Source: Mobula birostris (Eukaryota). Taken from it: DNA of 64,000 nt. This document shows, one piece after another, positions 1-12,599 of this stretch; the first letter of the stretch is position 1, and each line of letters opens with the position of its first letter. The stretch is taken from the NCBI RefSeq assembly GCF_030028105.1, contig NC_092396.1, forward strand, positions 24,431,474-24,495,473, given 5' to 3'. Below the pieces are notes generated by a model. The model was not told the DNA's origin. It saw only the letters and a list, made by a program, of their open reading frames with translations, and did no database searches. Both the position numbers and the translations under genes were made by a program.

Positions 1-880
1 ATAAGATTGGTTAGACATAACCTACCACCCACAAAGCCATATTGACTATCCCTTAGAATACCTTTCCCAATACTGATGTCAGGCTCTCCAGCCTGTAATT
101 TCCAGGTTTATTCTGAGAGCCTTTTTTAAACAACAGAACAACATTAGTTATCCTCCAGCCCTCCATGGCTAAGGACGTTTCAAATCTTCATCAAAGTCCC
201 ACATCAACCAGGCATGCTGTCTTCTTTCTGCTGCCATCAGGAAGAAGATACAGGAGCCTCAGGACTCACACCACCACGTTCAGGAACAGTTCTTACCCCT
301 CAACCTTCAGACTCTTGAACCAGTGGGGATAACTTCACTCGCCCCTTCACTGAACTGTTCCCACAACCTATAGACTGGCTTTCAAGGACTCTTCATCTCT
401 CGTTCTCGATATTTATTGCTTATTCATTTATTATTATTATTTTGTTTTTTTTTTATTTTGTATTTGCACAGTTTGTTTTCTTTTGCACATTTGGTCGTCC
501 TTTTGGGTGTGGTCTTTAATTGATTCTATTATGTTTCCTGCATTTACTGAGTATGCCCTCGAGAAAAAGAAACACAGGGATGGATATGGTGAGATTCGCG
601 TACTTTAATAATAAATTTACTTTGAACTTTGAACATTGAAATGTCTCTGCAAGGACCCCTGCAATTTCTGCACTAGCCTCCCACAGGGTCCGAAGCAACA
701 CCTTGTCGTGCCCCATGGATTTATCCCATCCTAATTTGCCTCAAGACAGCAAACATCTCCTCCTCTGTAATCTGTATTATGATCTCACTGCTGCATTGCC
801 TCACTCCTGTAGACTCTGTGTCCATCTCCCAAATAAATACAGATGCAAAAATTCCATTTGAGACCTCCCCCATCTCCCAT
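1..880 (-). mobile_element. Decayed CR1 ORF2 fragments interrupted by a Rex/Babar-type 3' end (~190-635, +)
   Basis: RTLWEASAEIAGVLAETF CR1 motif on -; ...caggaacagttcttacccctcaacc... plus a tttgaac tail on +. Confidence 0.6.
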
Positions 881-3800
881 ATTGTGAAAGGGCTGGATGG
901 GAAAGAATTTACCAAATGTATTCAGGAAAGTTTCCTTAATCTGTAGATGGAAGTCCCAGCTAGAGAGAGTGACATATGAGATCTCCTATTAGGGCATGAG
1001 GCAGGGCAGATGACTGATGTTTGTGTAGTGCAGCACCTTGCCTGTAGTGACTATAATTAGGTTATGAGAACACTCAGTCCTCTTTTATTGTCATTTAGAA
1101 ATGCTTGCATGCATTAAGAAATGATACAATGTTTCTCCAGAGTGATATCACAGAAAGCAGGACAAACCAAAGACTAACACTGACAGAACCACATAATTAT
1201 AACATATAGTTCAGCAGTGCAAAACAATACCATAATTTGATAAAGAACTGACCATGGGCACGGTAAAAAAAAAGTCTCAAGTCCCGATCGACTCCTGAGT
1301 CCCTGATAGCAGGCAGCAAAAGGGAGAAACTCCCTGCCATAAACCTCCAAGGCACCGACAACTGCCGATACCTTGGAAGCAGCCGACACCGAGTCCGTCC
1401 ATCCGAAAACTTCGAGCCTCCAACCAGCCCCTCCGATACAGCCTCCCGAGTGCCATCCTCTGCCAAGTGCCTCCGACCTAGCCCCAGCCGCTGAAACAAG
1501 CAAAACCGAGGATTCGGGGCCTTCTGCTCCGGAGATTCCGGTTACCACACAGTAGCAGCAGCAGCGAAGCGGGCATTTCAGAAGTTTTCCAGATGTTCCT
1601 CCGTACTCTCGCGTCTGTCTCCATCAAATCCCTACTTGACAGATTACAGATATTCACCGGAGAGGCCACGCACGCTGCGTCGCGTCGCCATCTTCTCTTC
1701 CTCCTAGATGCCATTAGTTTCAAAGTAATTATGGAAAAGAATAGGTGTGGACTACGGGTTGAGATTCTAAATTGGAGAAAGCCCAGTTTTGATGGTATCT
1801 GGCAGGTGTGGATTGAGACAGGTTATTTTCTGGCAAAGGTGTACTTGGTAAGTGGGAGGCCTTCAAAAGCGAAATTTTGAGACTACAGGGTTTGTAAAAG
1901 GCAAGGATAACAGGTTTAGGGAACCTTGTTTTTTAAGAGAGATTGAGGGCCCTGGTTGAGGAGGAGGTGCATAGCAGGAATAGGCAGGCAGGAACCAATG
2001 AGGTACTTGAGGAGTACAAGACATACAAGAGAACAGTTAAAAACCAAAGCAGGAGGCCTAAAAGGAGACTAGAGGTTGCTCCAGCAGACAAGGTGAAGAA
2101 GAATCCTAAGGAATTCTACTGATATATTAAGAGCAAAAGGATAGCGAGGAATAAAATTGGTCCTCTGGAAGACCAGAGTGGTAATCTATGTGTGGAGCCA
2201 AAAAGATCTTAAATGGATCTTTGTGTTTGTATTTACTCGGGAGGTGGACACAGACTCTGTAAAAGTGAGGCAAAGCTGTAGCAGGGCTATGGACCCCATA
2301 CAGATTACAGAGGGGGAGCTGTTGGCTGTTTTGAGGCAAATTAGGTTGGATAAACCTCCAGGGACTGACAAGGTGTTCCCACGGACCCTGTGGGAGGCTA
2401 GTGCAGAAACTGCAGGGGTGCTAACCGAGATCTTTATAACATTTTTAGCTGCAGTTGAGGTCCTGGATGTTCGGGTTTGTGCATAGCAGATCATGTCTAA
2501 CCAATCTTATAGAGCTTCTTGAGGAAGTTACCAGGAAAGTTGATGAAGGCAAATCAGTGGATAATGTCTACATAGACTTTATCAAGGCCTTTAATAAGAT
2601 CCCCCATGGGATTAGAATTGGCTTCTCAGGAGAAGCCAGAGGATGGTAGTAGATGACTGTTCTCTGACTGGAGGTCTGTGACTAGTGGTGTGCTGCAGGT
2701 ATCGGTGTTGGGACCATTGTTGCTCGTCACCTGGATTGGCATCAGCAAATTTGGAGATGACACCAAGATTAGGGGTGTAGTAAATCGTGAGGAAGACTAT
2801 CAAATATTGCAGCGGGATCTGGACCAGCTGGTGAAATGGGCTGAAAAATAGCCGATGGAATTTAACACAGTCAAGTGTGAGGTGTGGCAATTTGGGAGGA
2901 CCGACCAGAGTCGTACTTGTACGGTGAGAAATAGGGCACTGAGGAATGTGGTGGAACAGAGGGATCTGGGAATACAGATCTATAATTCATTGAAAGTGGC
3001 GTCAAGGTAGATAGGGTCATAAAGAAAGCTTTCGGCTCATTGGCCTTCATAAATCAATCTATTTGAGTACAGGAGTTGAGATGTTATGTTGAAATTGTTT
3101 AGTGGGGTCTAATTTGGAGTATTGTGTACAGCTTTTGGTCACCTACCTACAGGAAAGATGTAAATAAGATTGAAAGAGTGCAGAGAAAACCTACAAAGAT
3201 GTTGCCGGGACTTGAGGGTCTGAGTGATAGGGCAAGGTTGAGTAGGTTAGAACTTCATTCCCTGGAGCACAGAAGATTGAGTGGAGATTGAATAGAGATA
3301 CATAGAATTATGAGGAGTATAGAGAGGGTAAATGCAAGCAGGCTTTTTCCACAGAGGCTGGGTGAGACCACAACTAGAGGTCATGGGTTTAGGGTGACAG
3401 GTGGAATGTTGAAGGGGAGCATGGGGGGGAACTTCTTCACTCAGAGGGTGGTGAGAGTGTGGAACGAGCTGCCAGTGCAAGTGGTGGGTGCGGGTTTGAT
3501 TTCAACATCCGTGAGAAATTTAGGTGGGTGCATGGATGGGAGGGGTAAGGAGGGGTATGATCTGAACGAGGGTCAATGGGAATAGGCAGATTAATGGTTT
3601 GGCATGGACTAGATGGGCCAAATAACCAAAAGTGGATTATGACTCCATGTGGGATATAGATAGGGTTAATGCAAGCAGGCTTGTTCCCTGGGGTTGGGTG
3701 AGACTAGGACTGGAGATCATAGGTTAAGGGTGGAAAGTGAAATATTTCAGGTGTACGGGGGGGGGGGCATCTTCACTCAGAGGGTGGCGCAAGTGCAGAA

Positions 3801-4003
3801 CAAGCTGCCAGCAGAAATGGTGGGTGTGGATTTGATGGCAACGTTTCAGAGAAATTTGGATAAGTGCATGGATTGGAAGAGTGTGGAGGGCTATGGTCCA
3901 GGTGCTGGGCGATGGGACGAGGCAGAGTTTTGAGTTTGGCATGAACCAGACGGGCTGAAGGGCCTTGTTTCCGTGCTGAGGTGCTCCGTGACTCTGTATC
4001 AGG
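880..4003 (+). mobile_element. Decayed CR1 ORF2 and 3'UTR with a second 3' tail (~3650-4003); unrelated insert at ~1058-1708
   Basis: SCLTNLIELLEEV and NFFTQRVVRVWNELP motifs, with many stops and frameshifts. Confidence 0.8.
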
Positions 4004-4379
4004 TGAACGATTGTCACCTGCGCTTCATCTGTATCTAATATACTCTGTACGCACAGGTGTAGAGCCACTATCGACACTCATCCAACCGCGCCAGCTCCCT
4101 GGTTTCGACGCTCTAACTCTCAGGAACAGGGATAGTTGGCACGGTCCCTCTAAAGATTCAGGACCGTCCCGCTAATCGGCGATCGTATTTTGGGCGACAA
4201 GAATTGAGTATTTAAAGAGCAGAGAATGGAACATTAGTGCTCCGTCGTAAGCCCAAACAGAGATACTGTATAGTGTTTTGTTGTGGGCGCAGTTCGCGAT
4301 TCTAGCCTCGGATACTGCCGCGCTTGGGACCAAACCATCCTCGTCAAGGACTCTCGTCACACCCAGCTCCTGAGACGGT

Positions 4380-4560
4380 GACAATTGCGTTGGGTTTGCA
4401 CATTTGCCCCGCAGCTGCAGGGATTTCCTTGGGGTGCTCCGGTTTCCTTTCACGTTACGGGGGCAGCTGGGTGGGTCGTTCAGGTGGTCACCGTGAATTG
4501 CCACCAGTGAGGAGAAACACGCGGGATTAATGGCAACACGGAGGGAAGGCTACAGGAAAA
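4380..4560 (+). mobile_element. Degenerate V-SINE remnant just upstream of the minisatellite
   Basis: gggtttgcacatttgcccc...ggggtgctccggtttcc V-domain similarity. Confidence 0.5.
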
Positions 4561-4633
4561 TTAGTGAGGAGTGCGATCATTCTGTGAACCAGCAGAGACC
4601 CAGTGGGCGGAAATACCTCCTTCCGGGTCATGA

Positions 4634-5670
4634 GGGGAGAATGGACACCAGACCCAAGGGGCGAATGGACACTAGACCCAGGGAGAAAGGACACTAGACC
4701 CAAGGGGAGAATGTACATTAGACCCAAGGGAGAATGGACACCAGACCCAAGGGGAGAATGGACACTAGACCCAAGGGAGAATGGACACGAGACCCAAGGG
4801 GACGATGGACACTAGACCCAAGGGGACAATGGACACCAGACCCAAGGGAGAATGGACACCGGACCCAAAGGGAGAATGGACACTAGACCCAGTGGAGAAT
4901 GGACACCAGACCCAAGGGGAGAATGGACACCAGACCCAGGGGAGAATGGACACCAGACCCCAGGGAGAATGGACACCAGACCCAAGGGGAGAATGGACAC
5001 TAGACCCAGCGGAGAATGGACACCAGACCCAAGGGGAGATTGGACACCAGACCCAGGGGAGAATGGACACCAGACCCAGGGGAGAATGGACACCAGACCC
5101 AAGGGAGAATGGACACTAGACCAAAGGGGAGAATGGACACTAGACCCAAGGGGAGAATGTACACTAGACCCAAGGGAGAATGGACACCAGACCCAAGGGG
5201 AGAATGGACACTAGACCCAAGGGGAGAATGGACACTAGACCCAGGGAGAATGGACACCAGACCCAAGGGGACAATGGACACTCGATCCAAGGGGAGAATG
5301 GACACCGTCCCAAGGGGACAATGGACACTAGACCCAAGGGGACAATGGACACCAGACCCAAGGGAGAATGGACACTAGACCCAAGGGGAGAATGGACACC
5401 GGACCCAAAGGGAGAATGGACACTAGACCCCAGGTAGAATGAAGACCAGACCCAAGGGGACAATGGACACTAGACCCAAGGGGAGAATGGACACCGGACC
5501 CAAAGGGAGAATGGACACTAGACCCCAGGTAGAATGGAGACCAGACCCAAGGGGACAATGGACACTAGACCCAAGGGGAGAATGGAGACTAGACCCAGGG
5601 GCGAATGGACACTAGACCCAAGGGAGAATGGACACTAGACCCAAGGGGAGAATGGACACCAGACCCAAGG
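4634..5670. repeat. Minisatellite, 22-24-bp unit GG(GG)AGAATGGACAC(C/T)AGACCCA(A), roughly 45 copies
   Basis: Directly visible tandem array; explains the repetitive ORFs at 4527-5558. Confidence 0.95.
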
Positions 5671-5682
5671 GTGTCTGCGGAG

Positions 5683-6190
5683 CAACACACAGCCTGCTGG
5701 AGGAACTCAGCAGGTCGGGCAGCATCTATGGAGGGGAATAAACAGTGGATGTTTCGGGCCGATACTCTTCATCAGGACTGGAAAGGAAGGGGGAAGGGAG
5801 CCGGAATAAGAAGGTGGGGAAGGGAAGAAGTAGTAAGAAGCTGGGATGTGATGGGTGGAAGAGGTAAAGGGCTGAAGAAACAGACCATGGGAGATAGGGA
5901 CGGAGGAGGCGAACCAAGGGGAGATGATGGGCAGGTGAGGAGAAGGGAGAGGATAAATTGTGGGGGGGGGGGGCTAGGCGGTGCTAGAAACGAAATTGGA
6001 AAAAAAAGAGTGGGGGTGGGGGAAGAAATTACCAGAAGTGAGAGAAATCAATGTTCGTGTCATCAGGTCGGAGGCTACCCAGACAGAATTGAGATTTGGC
6101 CGCAGAGGAGGCCATGGACTGCCATGTCGGAATGGGAGTGGGAAGTAGAATTAAAATGGCTGGCTACCGGGGAATCCTACTTGTCGTGGC
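5683..6190 (-). mobile_element. Penelope-like element 3' fragment with pLTR
   Basis: Minus strand shows GIY-YIG C-terminal remnants (PVASHFNSTSHSHSDMAVHGLL), a pyrimidine-rich 3'UTR and a hammerhead core. Confidence 0.7.
5743..5780 (-). ncRNA. Minimal type-I hammerhead ribozyme motif (degenerate)
   Basis: Reverse complement reads cagtc-CTGATGA-agagtatcggccc-GAAA-cATC-cactg. Confidence 0.55.
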
Positions 6191-6899
6191 GGACATTGCC
6201 ACCAGAGCCGCGGGGAGTAAGTGCGTTAGAATGTATGGCGCTGTCTTGAATAAGGAGACGGTTCTGCCCGGGATCCCAGTTGACACTCTTCCATCGTCCA
6301 ACTTCACACACATCACGGGCTTAAAAAGTAATTTGGTTGTCCGTGGAGTGCAAACGGCGCATTAGAAATGTAAGGTGAGGTCGCGGCCCCAATTTCAGAA
6401 GCGGCTGGAACCCGTCTGACTCGGCGCTCTGCCAGTGTTGGGATAATTAACGCACTGGAGGAACTCAGCAGGCCAGGCAGCATCTATGATGGGGAAAAGT
6501 ACAGTCGGCGTTTCCGCCAGCATTTTGTGTGTGTTGTTCGGACTTCCAGCATCTGCAGATTTCCTCTTGATTGTGATAAGGATAATTTTAAGTTGCCGGG
6601 CGTGTCTGGGAGACAATGGGCCGGCAGTGGAGGATCATTGTGCTTCTTTTGGAAGTTTGGAGTTGTCTGATGCTGTTCCCAGTGGGACGGTGTTGAAAGA
6701 TGATGGTTTTGGTCATAGACAGTATTAACAGGGCTTGTGTTAATGAGATGGGAAAATCCATCAGAGGCTTCGAGTGTGTTGTAGATAATGGCATTTTAAT
6801 TTGAAACTATAAATAGTTATGTATTTATTATCGTATAGTGATTTTGTTGGTGAATAAACTTTTGTAAATAATGGTAAGATGCTGGCAGAGTTGGGGAAT

Positions 6900-7276
6900 A
6901 CTATACTTGCAGCGTTTGAGGACTTGTAAATCGGTGTCTCCTTACCGCATTGATAATCTTAACGCAGTTCTGAGGGTTGGTTCGTAATCCTGATGTGTAC
7001 CGTAGTTCCGCGGTAAGTGCGGAGCAGTTTCAGGCCTCACGGAGACCGAGAAAGACTGGTGGATGGCTGCCGGGTTTAATGGGCTGATCTGTTTTAAGTT
7101 ATTCGCCTCGGGATTTTCACTTCAAATGGGTTAGTTGGGGTTAGGGTGAGGTTGTCGGCCGGCATCTGGATTTGAGTTTTGCCTCCCGCTACCGCCGGGC
7201 GGTGCTGAACCCAACGCAAGGCGTGGGTGACTGGGACGGACTTTGATCCACGACCTGGACGGACGGAGCTGGGAAA
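6900..7276 (+). promoter_or_regulatory. CpG-rich putative TMEM82 promoter/5'UTR
   Basis: Non-repetitive, CpG-enriched sequence (e.g. cctcccgctaccgccgggcgg) directly upstream of the ATG. Confidence 0.45.
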
Positions 7277-7358
7277 ATGTGGGGCTTTTTCCGAAGCTGC
7301 ATTCCCAGTTTTGGGTGGATTTTCCAGGGAATCAATACCGTTGACAGCCTCCTACAGG
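7277..7358 (+). CDS. TMEM82: TMEM82 coding exon 1 (MWGFFRSCIPSFGWIFQGINTVDSLLQ-G)
   Basis: ATG at 7277; DSLLQG matches the recalled vertebrate TMEM82 N-terminus; donor GTGAGG at 7359; 82 nt, phase 1, compatible with exon 2. Confidence 0.85.
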
Positions 7359-7870
7359 GTGAGGAGCCCGACCGGAGGGTGGGAGATCGGGAGCTGAGAG
7401 GCTGGGAGGAGGGGAGCCTGGTTGGACAGGATGGAGGTGGGGAGACAATGAGGAGGGGAAGGAGGGGACGGATGGCGTAGAGAGAGAGAGAGACAGAGTG
7501 ACCTACCTACCCACCCTTGGGGTGGGAGAACAAAGGAGTGAGGTAGTCTTGGGGGACAAGAAGGGGCAAGGACTGGTGAAAGAGGCAGGCTGGGGGTGAA
7601 TGAGGGTCCTATCACAGCTCAGGGCAGAGGGCGGGAGAGAGGCAGGGCGGGATGTTGTGGTTAGAGAGCTTGAGCGAGGGGAGAAAGAGCAGGGAGCTCC
7701 GGCTGGGGATGGGAGAGGTCGAGGCAACTGAGACAGTGTGGGATTGGGTTGGGGTGTCAGTGGCCATGAGGGCTGGAGTGGGGTAACTCGTTGTGGGGTG
7801 TTGGAGGACCCGAGGGATCTTGTGTTGGGAGTGCGTGTGGGCCGGCTTTAACATTACCCCCTGACTCTAG

Positions 7871-7943
7871 GTGTGATTGCCGCCTGTGCCGTCTCCATTC
7901 TCAATCACTTGCTGCGGATCTACTTTCACATCCAACGTCTCAA
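7871..7943 (+). CDS. TMEM82: TMEM82 coding exon 2 (GVIAACAVSILNHLLRIYFHIQRL-N)
   Basis: Acceptor ctctag|G, donor AA|GTAAGT; 73 nt; resembles human [20 protein letters not shown] (from memory). Confidence 0.88.
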
Positions 7944-8702
7944 GTAAGTTTTTGGTTTTTTTTTAAATTTTGGTGGGTTTTCGCTGGAGACTTGCCATTG
8001 ATTTTAATCGCAATCTAGGTTTCTGGATCTAATCCCCGGTAATCTCCTAGTATAAATGTATCCAACTCAAATCCTCTTGGGACCTGATGTGGGGTCCTGA
8101 CGGAAAACGTTGTCTGGTGCATTTTGGCTCCACAGATACCATGTGACCCACTGAGTTCTATCAGGGTTCCCTTTTTCTGCCGATCAGCGTCTGCAGTCTC
8201 GCTATCCTCTGATGTGTTTGTGTGCCGGGCTACCACACTGAGCTTGATGGTTCAGTGCTTCACAGTGTACCTGCGATCAGAGTTTTCCCAATCCTGTATA
8301 CGTTTCCCTGCGTCCCTCAGCTCAAGAATGTTTGGTTAGCTTGCCTTGTGTTGTCGGGCATATCAGGGCAGAGAGTGCAAAGGGCCAGTGCAATGTTTGT
8401 GAACAATGGGGCCAACAGTCTAATCTCCTCCATGCGAGTTACGGATTGGCAGGACAAAATTAAATTAGTAAGAAAACAGAGCGGGTTAAATGTCAAGGGG
8501 AAAGAAAACTTCAAATGCTTGATCTCCAAACTAATTTTATTCCTTGCCAGGATCAGAATGTACAGTTTAAACCGTTGCTATGAATTCACATGACTTTAAC
8601 AGTTATTACATTGTTAAATGCTATCTTTCTGTAGTAAAGGTACTTAACGTGCAGTCCCAGTGTCCCACTGAGGTTGTAAGTGAACTGCTTACCTGTAGCC
8701 TT

Positions 8703-10090
8703 TGTGACTGATACCAGGACTGCTCCTCCTGACACCTCCCCGCCCGCTCACGCAGGCACCTCCCGGTCTCCACCCTGCTAATATGATTCACCTGCCACTC
8801 ATTCCAGATTCGTCACCTGCAACCTATTTAAACCCCAGTTCTCATCCACAGTCCCCGTTCACTTATCGAAGCAGCTGGCCTCAAACCAATTGCTCCTGGC
8901 TTCCCCTCCCCCTGCCGAATGTTTACGTCATTGCCTGTTGTGTTCAGTTTCTGTTCACTCTCGAGTTGTGGCCCCTCATGGCTTGCTATTATTAAAAGTT
9001 ATCGTTTACTGCTGAATTGTCTCTGCTGCTCTGCTTTTGGGTCAAGCCTCCTCCACGTTTCCTGACAGGATGAGTGAACCGCTGACTGGCCCAGCAGCGT
9101 ATGCTCACCTAAAGGAAGTCGTCCGTCAACACGAGAACACAACCCAGAAGCAGCAGGAAGCCATTGGCTATCTGTCCGTCATCCTCATCCATCCCTCTGC
9201 CATGGTGCAGCAGCTCCTGCTCCCTTTGAGCTCCCGATTCCCATGCCCGAACACTCCAACCTGATGCCGCAACTCCCTGTCCCAGTGCACCTTACACTCT
9301 GTTCCAACTGTGTCTGTATTCTGTGGAGGGGTTCATCATCTCTCCCCTGACTGGGCAAGCTCTGACCCGGGCCACCCCTAAACTGGGATGGCAAAGCCAC
9401 CATTTGCAACAAATACGGAATGTGGCGGGTCTGGAAAGGCAGCAGCGGATCTGATACTGCACCTGCACCAAGGCTCGCGCTCCGTGCCGGATTACACCGT
9501 GGAATTCAGGACCCTCTCGGCAGAGCGCAGCTGGAATGCAGAACTGCTGCTGGTCCGTTATCATCACGGCAAAAAGGGATCAGCCGTGACTGAATGGCGG
9601 AGCAGACTCGATGGGCCAAATGGCCTAATTTTGCTCCGTGTCTTATGGCCTCTGGTCATCTCAGAGGGATTGAAAGGTGAGCTGTCTACCTGGCAGGTGC
9701 CCTCTGACCTCAAAAGCCTCGTCACTCTGGCTCTCCATCAGCAGCCAGACCCCCAGTTCCATTTCCAGAACCTTTGCAGGGTGCAGGACCCTCATCCCTA
9801 ATGCTTCCAGAACCCTTGCAGTAAGGGAGAGCTCCCTTAACCCCCACCCCTGCCCCGCTGGTGGAGAAGCAACTTCTGTGCTTCTTGAGGACCAACCGGC
9901 CACCAACGCATCAAATGCCCACTGGTCGCCAGGTAGAAGCGAGGGTCTTTTCTGTCTGACCAGCTCTCCCCAGCCCCTCATTCCAGCACTATAGCCTGTC
10001 TCACTCCCTTTGTCCTCTCCCACGTCTGTCAGCTCTATATGCACAGGAGGCTCTAGTGATGCTGGTGCAGCAGACAACCTTCCGGATAGG

Positions 10091-10125
<35 letters not shown>

Positions 10126-11261
10126 CTTGAACCCTTTACCAAACCTGTCTCTCATCCCTTCAACATCGTGGCCATTGACGGATGTCTTTTGCAGTCTGGG
10201 ATAGCCAGGGCATGCACACGAATGACCCTTTGCACGTGAGCACTGGCGGGCACCGTGAGTCCATTCAGTTCCTCCTGATCAACTCACCCAACACTCGTCT
10301 CGTCCTCAAAGTTCAAAGTTGTTACCACAGTACATATACCATGTACAACCTCGAGACTTATCTTCTTCCAGGCAGCCTCAAAGCGAAGACACACAATAAA
10401 ATTCATGAAAAAAATCCACACCACAAGTGCTGTCAAACCTCCAATGTGCAAAGCGAGAGAACAAATCGTGCAAACGCTAATAAAAAGAAAAGCAAATAAC
10501 AGTCCACAGATCTTGCATGGCAGAGTCCCCGGAAGTGCACAGGCACAGAGCCAGTCCAAGAGCCCAAGAGCTATAGGCCACAGCCACCGAGCCAGGTTCA
10601 GAGCTGCAGCCAGTAACGTGTCATGGAATAGTGAGCTGAATCACCCTCGATGCCTTAATGTATTCACTCCTGGCTCTCCACTCAGACTCTCCTGTTGCCT
10701 GGTAAACTGGTTCACTGCTGAGTGGGACACACCTGCCTACAACCTCAGTTGACCTCCCCCCATAAATCTGTGGAGACAGAGGGAACCCTCAGCCTCACCA
10801 AACTACGGGAACATCACGACTTAGCCATAGCCTCCAGTAAAAGGGAAGACAGCACCCTCCCACCTCACAGACCACGCAGCTGCGTGATCAACCTCCGCCT
10901 GGGCACCAACCCTCCCCTCTGTCGCCTATTCTCCCTCTCCTCTCCTGAGACACAAGCCATGAATGACTACATCACCAAAGCACTGTGGCATGGCTCATTC
11001 CAGACTCATTACCTGCAGCCTATTTAAACCCAATTCTCATCCACGGACCTTATTCACTCATCAAAGCAGCCAGACTCAACCAATTGCTCCTGGAATTCAC
11101 TCTCCCTGCCTAAAGTTTACCTCATTGCCTATTGTTTAGTTTCTATTCTGTCTTATTTTGTGGCCCCTCATGACTTGTTGCTTTCCTGTCTATTATTAAA
11201 TTTGTTGTTTACTGTGCTACATCGTCTCTGCTGCTCTGCTTTTGGGTCAAGCCTCCTGACA
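8703..11261 (+). mobile_element. Ty3/Gypsy (Sushi-like) LTR retrotransposon, internally deleted, in TMEM82 intron 2
   Basis: 5' LTR 8703-9067 (TGT...GACA); gag remnant LHQGSRSVPDYTVEFRTL; pol remnant LPPHRPRSCVINLRLG...LFSLSSPETQAMNDYI; partial 3' LTR ~10994-11261 homologous to the 5' LTR. Confidence 0.85.
10095..10122. repeat. (TG)n microsatellite
   Basis: Directly visible. Confidence 0.9.
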
Positions 11262-11374
11262 ATTGGTAGATCTTATTTTAGCCAAAGTTGCTGTGTGCTG
11301 AACCGTTCATTAATGGTGAAGGTCTTTGCCTGCAATGCTTCGTTCTCTGGTTTTAACAAAGCCAGGGTGTAGCA

Positions 11375-12300
11375 ACAGTGAAAGGAGTGACAAACACCAG
11401 GTCCGTCACTGGCATATGTTGTGAAATTTGTTGTTTTGTGGCAGCAGTACATTGCAATGTTTAAAAATCGCTATAACAAGAAACGCATATTTAAAAATTC
11501 ATTAATTAGTTCAAAAAGAGAGCAAACTAGTGAGGTGTTGTTCCTGGGTTCACAGTCTGTTCAGAGATCTGATGGCAGAGAGCACAAAGTGTTTCTACCA
11601 TGTTGAGTGTGCGTCTTCAAGCTCCTGTACCCTCTCCTTGATGGTAGTAGTGAGACGAGGGCAGGTCCTGGGTGCAATGATCAGTGAACGGCTTACTTCT
11701 GGCCTTCTGACGGAAGGAAGGTTGACTATGAAGCAACTGAAGGCATTTTGTCCTTGGGAAGTCAGAATCAAATCAGTTTTAATATCACTGACATACGTCT
11801 TGAAATTTGTTTTGCTGCAGCAGTACAGTGCAATACAAAAAAACTATAAATTACTATTAAAATGCACTGCATGTAAAATGAGTAGTGCAAAAGAGAGTAA
11901 AGAAAGTGAGGTAGTGCCCATGTGTTCAGAAATCTGATGGTGGGGGGGAAGAAGCTGTTGAGTGTGTGTCTTCAGTCTGCTGAACTCCTCCTTGATGGTA
12001 ATAAGAAGAGAACGTGTCCTGGGTGATGGGGAGGCTGGTGCCCATGGATCTGGCTGAGTTTGCAACCCTCTGCAGCTTTTTCCAATCCTGTGCAGTGGCT
12101 CCACCTAACCAGAAGGTGATGCAACCGGTCAGGATGTTCCCACGGTGCAGCTGTAGAAATTTGTGAGTGTCTTTGGTGAGATATCAGATCTCCTCAGTCT
12201 CCTAATGAATTATAGTAGCTGTCGTGCTTTCCTTGCGATTGCATCAATATGCCGGAGCTAGGATAAGTGCTCAGAGAGGCTGAAACCACTCACCGTTTCC
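11375..12300 (-). mobile_element. Two Rex/Babar-type LINE 3' fragments
   Basis: Repeated ...tgaaatttgttgttttg...cagcagtaca... tails; remnant MEPLHRIGKSCRGLQTQ region. Confidence 0.55.
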
Positions 12301-12421
12301 ACAGTGACGACAGCCGGGGCTCCATTCACTAGAGTCCCTCCGACCTGTTGCTGTCAGGGGGCGGCACGAGATGGGAAGGAAGAGTTCGTGGTGACGAAAG
12401 GCTGTTGTCTTGTTGTTTCAG

Positions 12422-12599
12422 TGACCCTGTGCACGATGGCACTGCAGCTGCTAAGCTGCACCCACCACAACGGATCCTGCAAACTCTGTACCTCTGCGTC
12501 CTGACCGTCCTATTCTCCCTCATCGGATCGAGGGTGGCATCTCTCACGGTGCTGGAATTCTCACTTCGAACAATTTCCATATTGCTTTCCAACAACCAG
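12422..12599 (+). CDS. TMEM82: TMEM82 coding exon 3 (DPVHDG...LIGSRVASLTVLEFSLRTISILLSNNQ)
   Basis: Acceptor tgtttcag|T, donor CAG|GTAAGG; GSRVASLTVLEFSLR matches the TMEM82 motif GSRVAALVVLEFSLR; phase 2 in, phase 0 out. Confidence 0.92.

Noticed and set aside
4634-5670. CRISPR array or repeat-protein gene (overlapping ORFs such as MDTRPKGEWT...)
   Set aside because: Units are contiguous with no unique spacers, there are no cas genes and the context is vertebrate. The ORFs arise in many frames on both strands because the unit lacks stops, and unit length varies off-frame.
5605-6249. 214-aa ORF
   Set aside because: A chimera of the minisatellite end and the purine-rich antisense strand of a Penelope 3'UTR; no splice or homology support.
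1-7000. SLC25A34 exons expected from human synteny
   Set aside because: No mitochondrial-carrier motifs found in the ORF track or in the unique stretches I read; short exons could have been missed.
9388-9801. Domesticated gag gene (PEG10/RTL-like)
   Set aside because: Fragmented by stops and frameshifts, interrupted by a CR1 tail and still LTR-flanked, so a decayed provirus.
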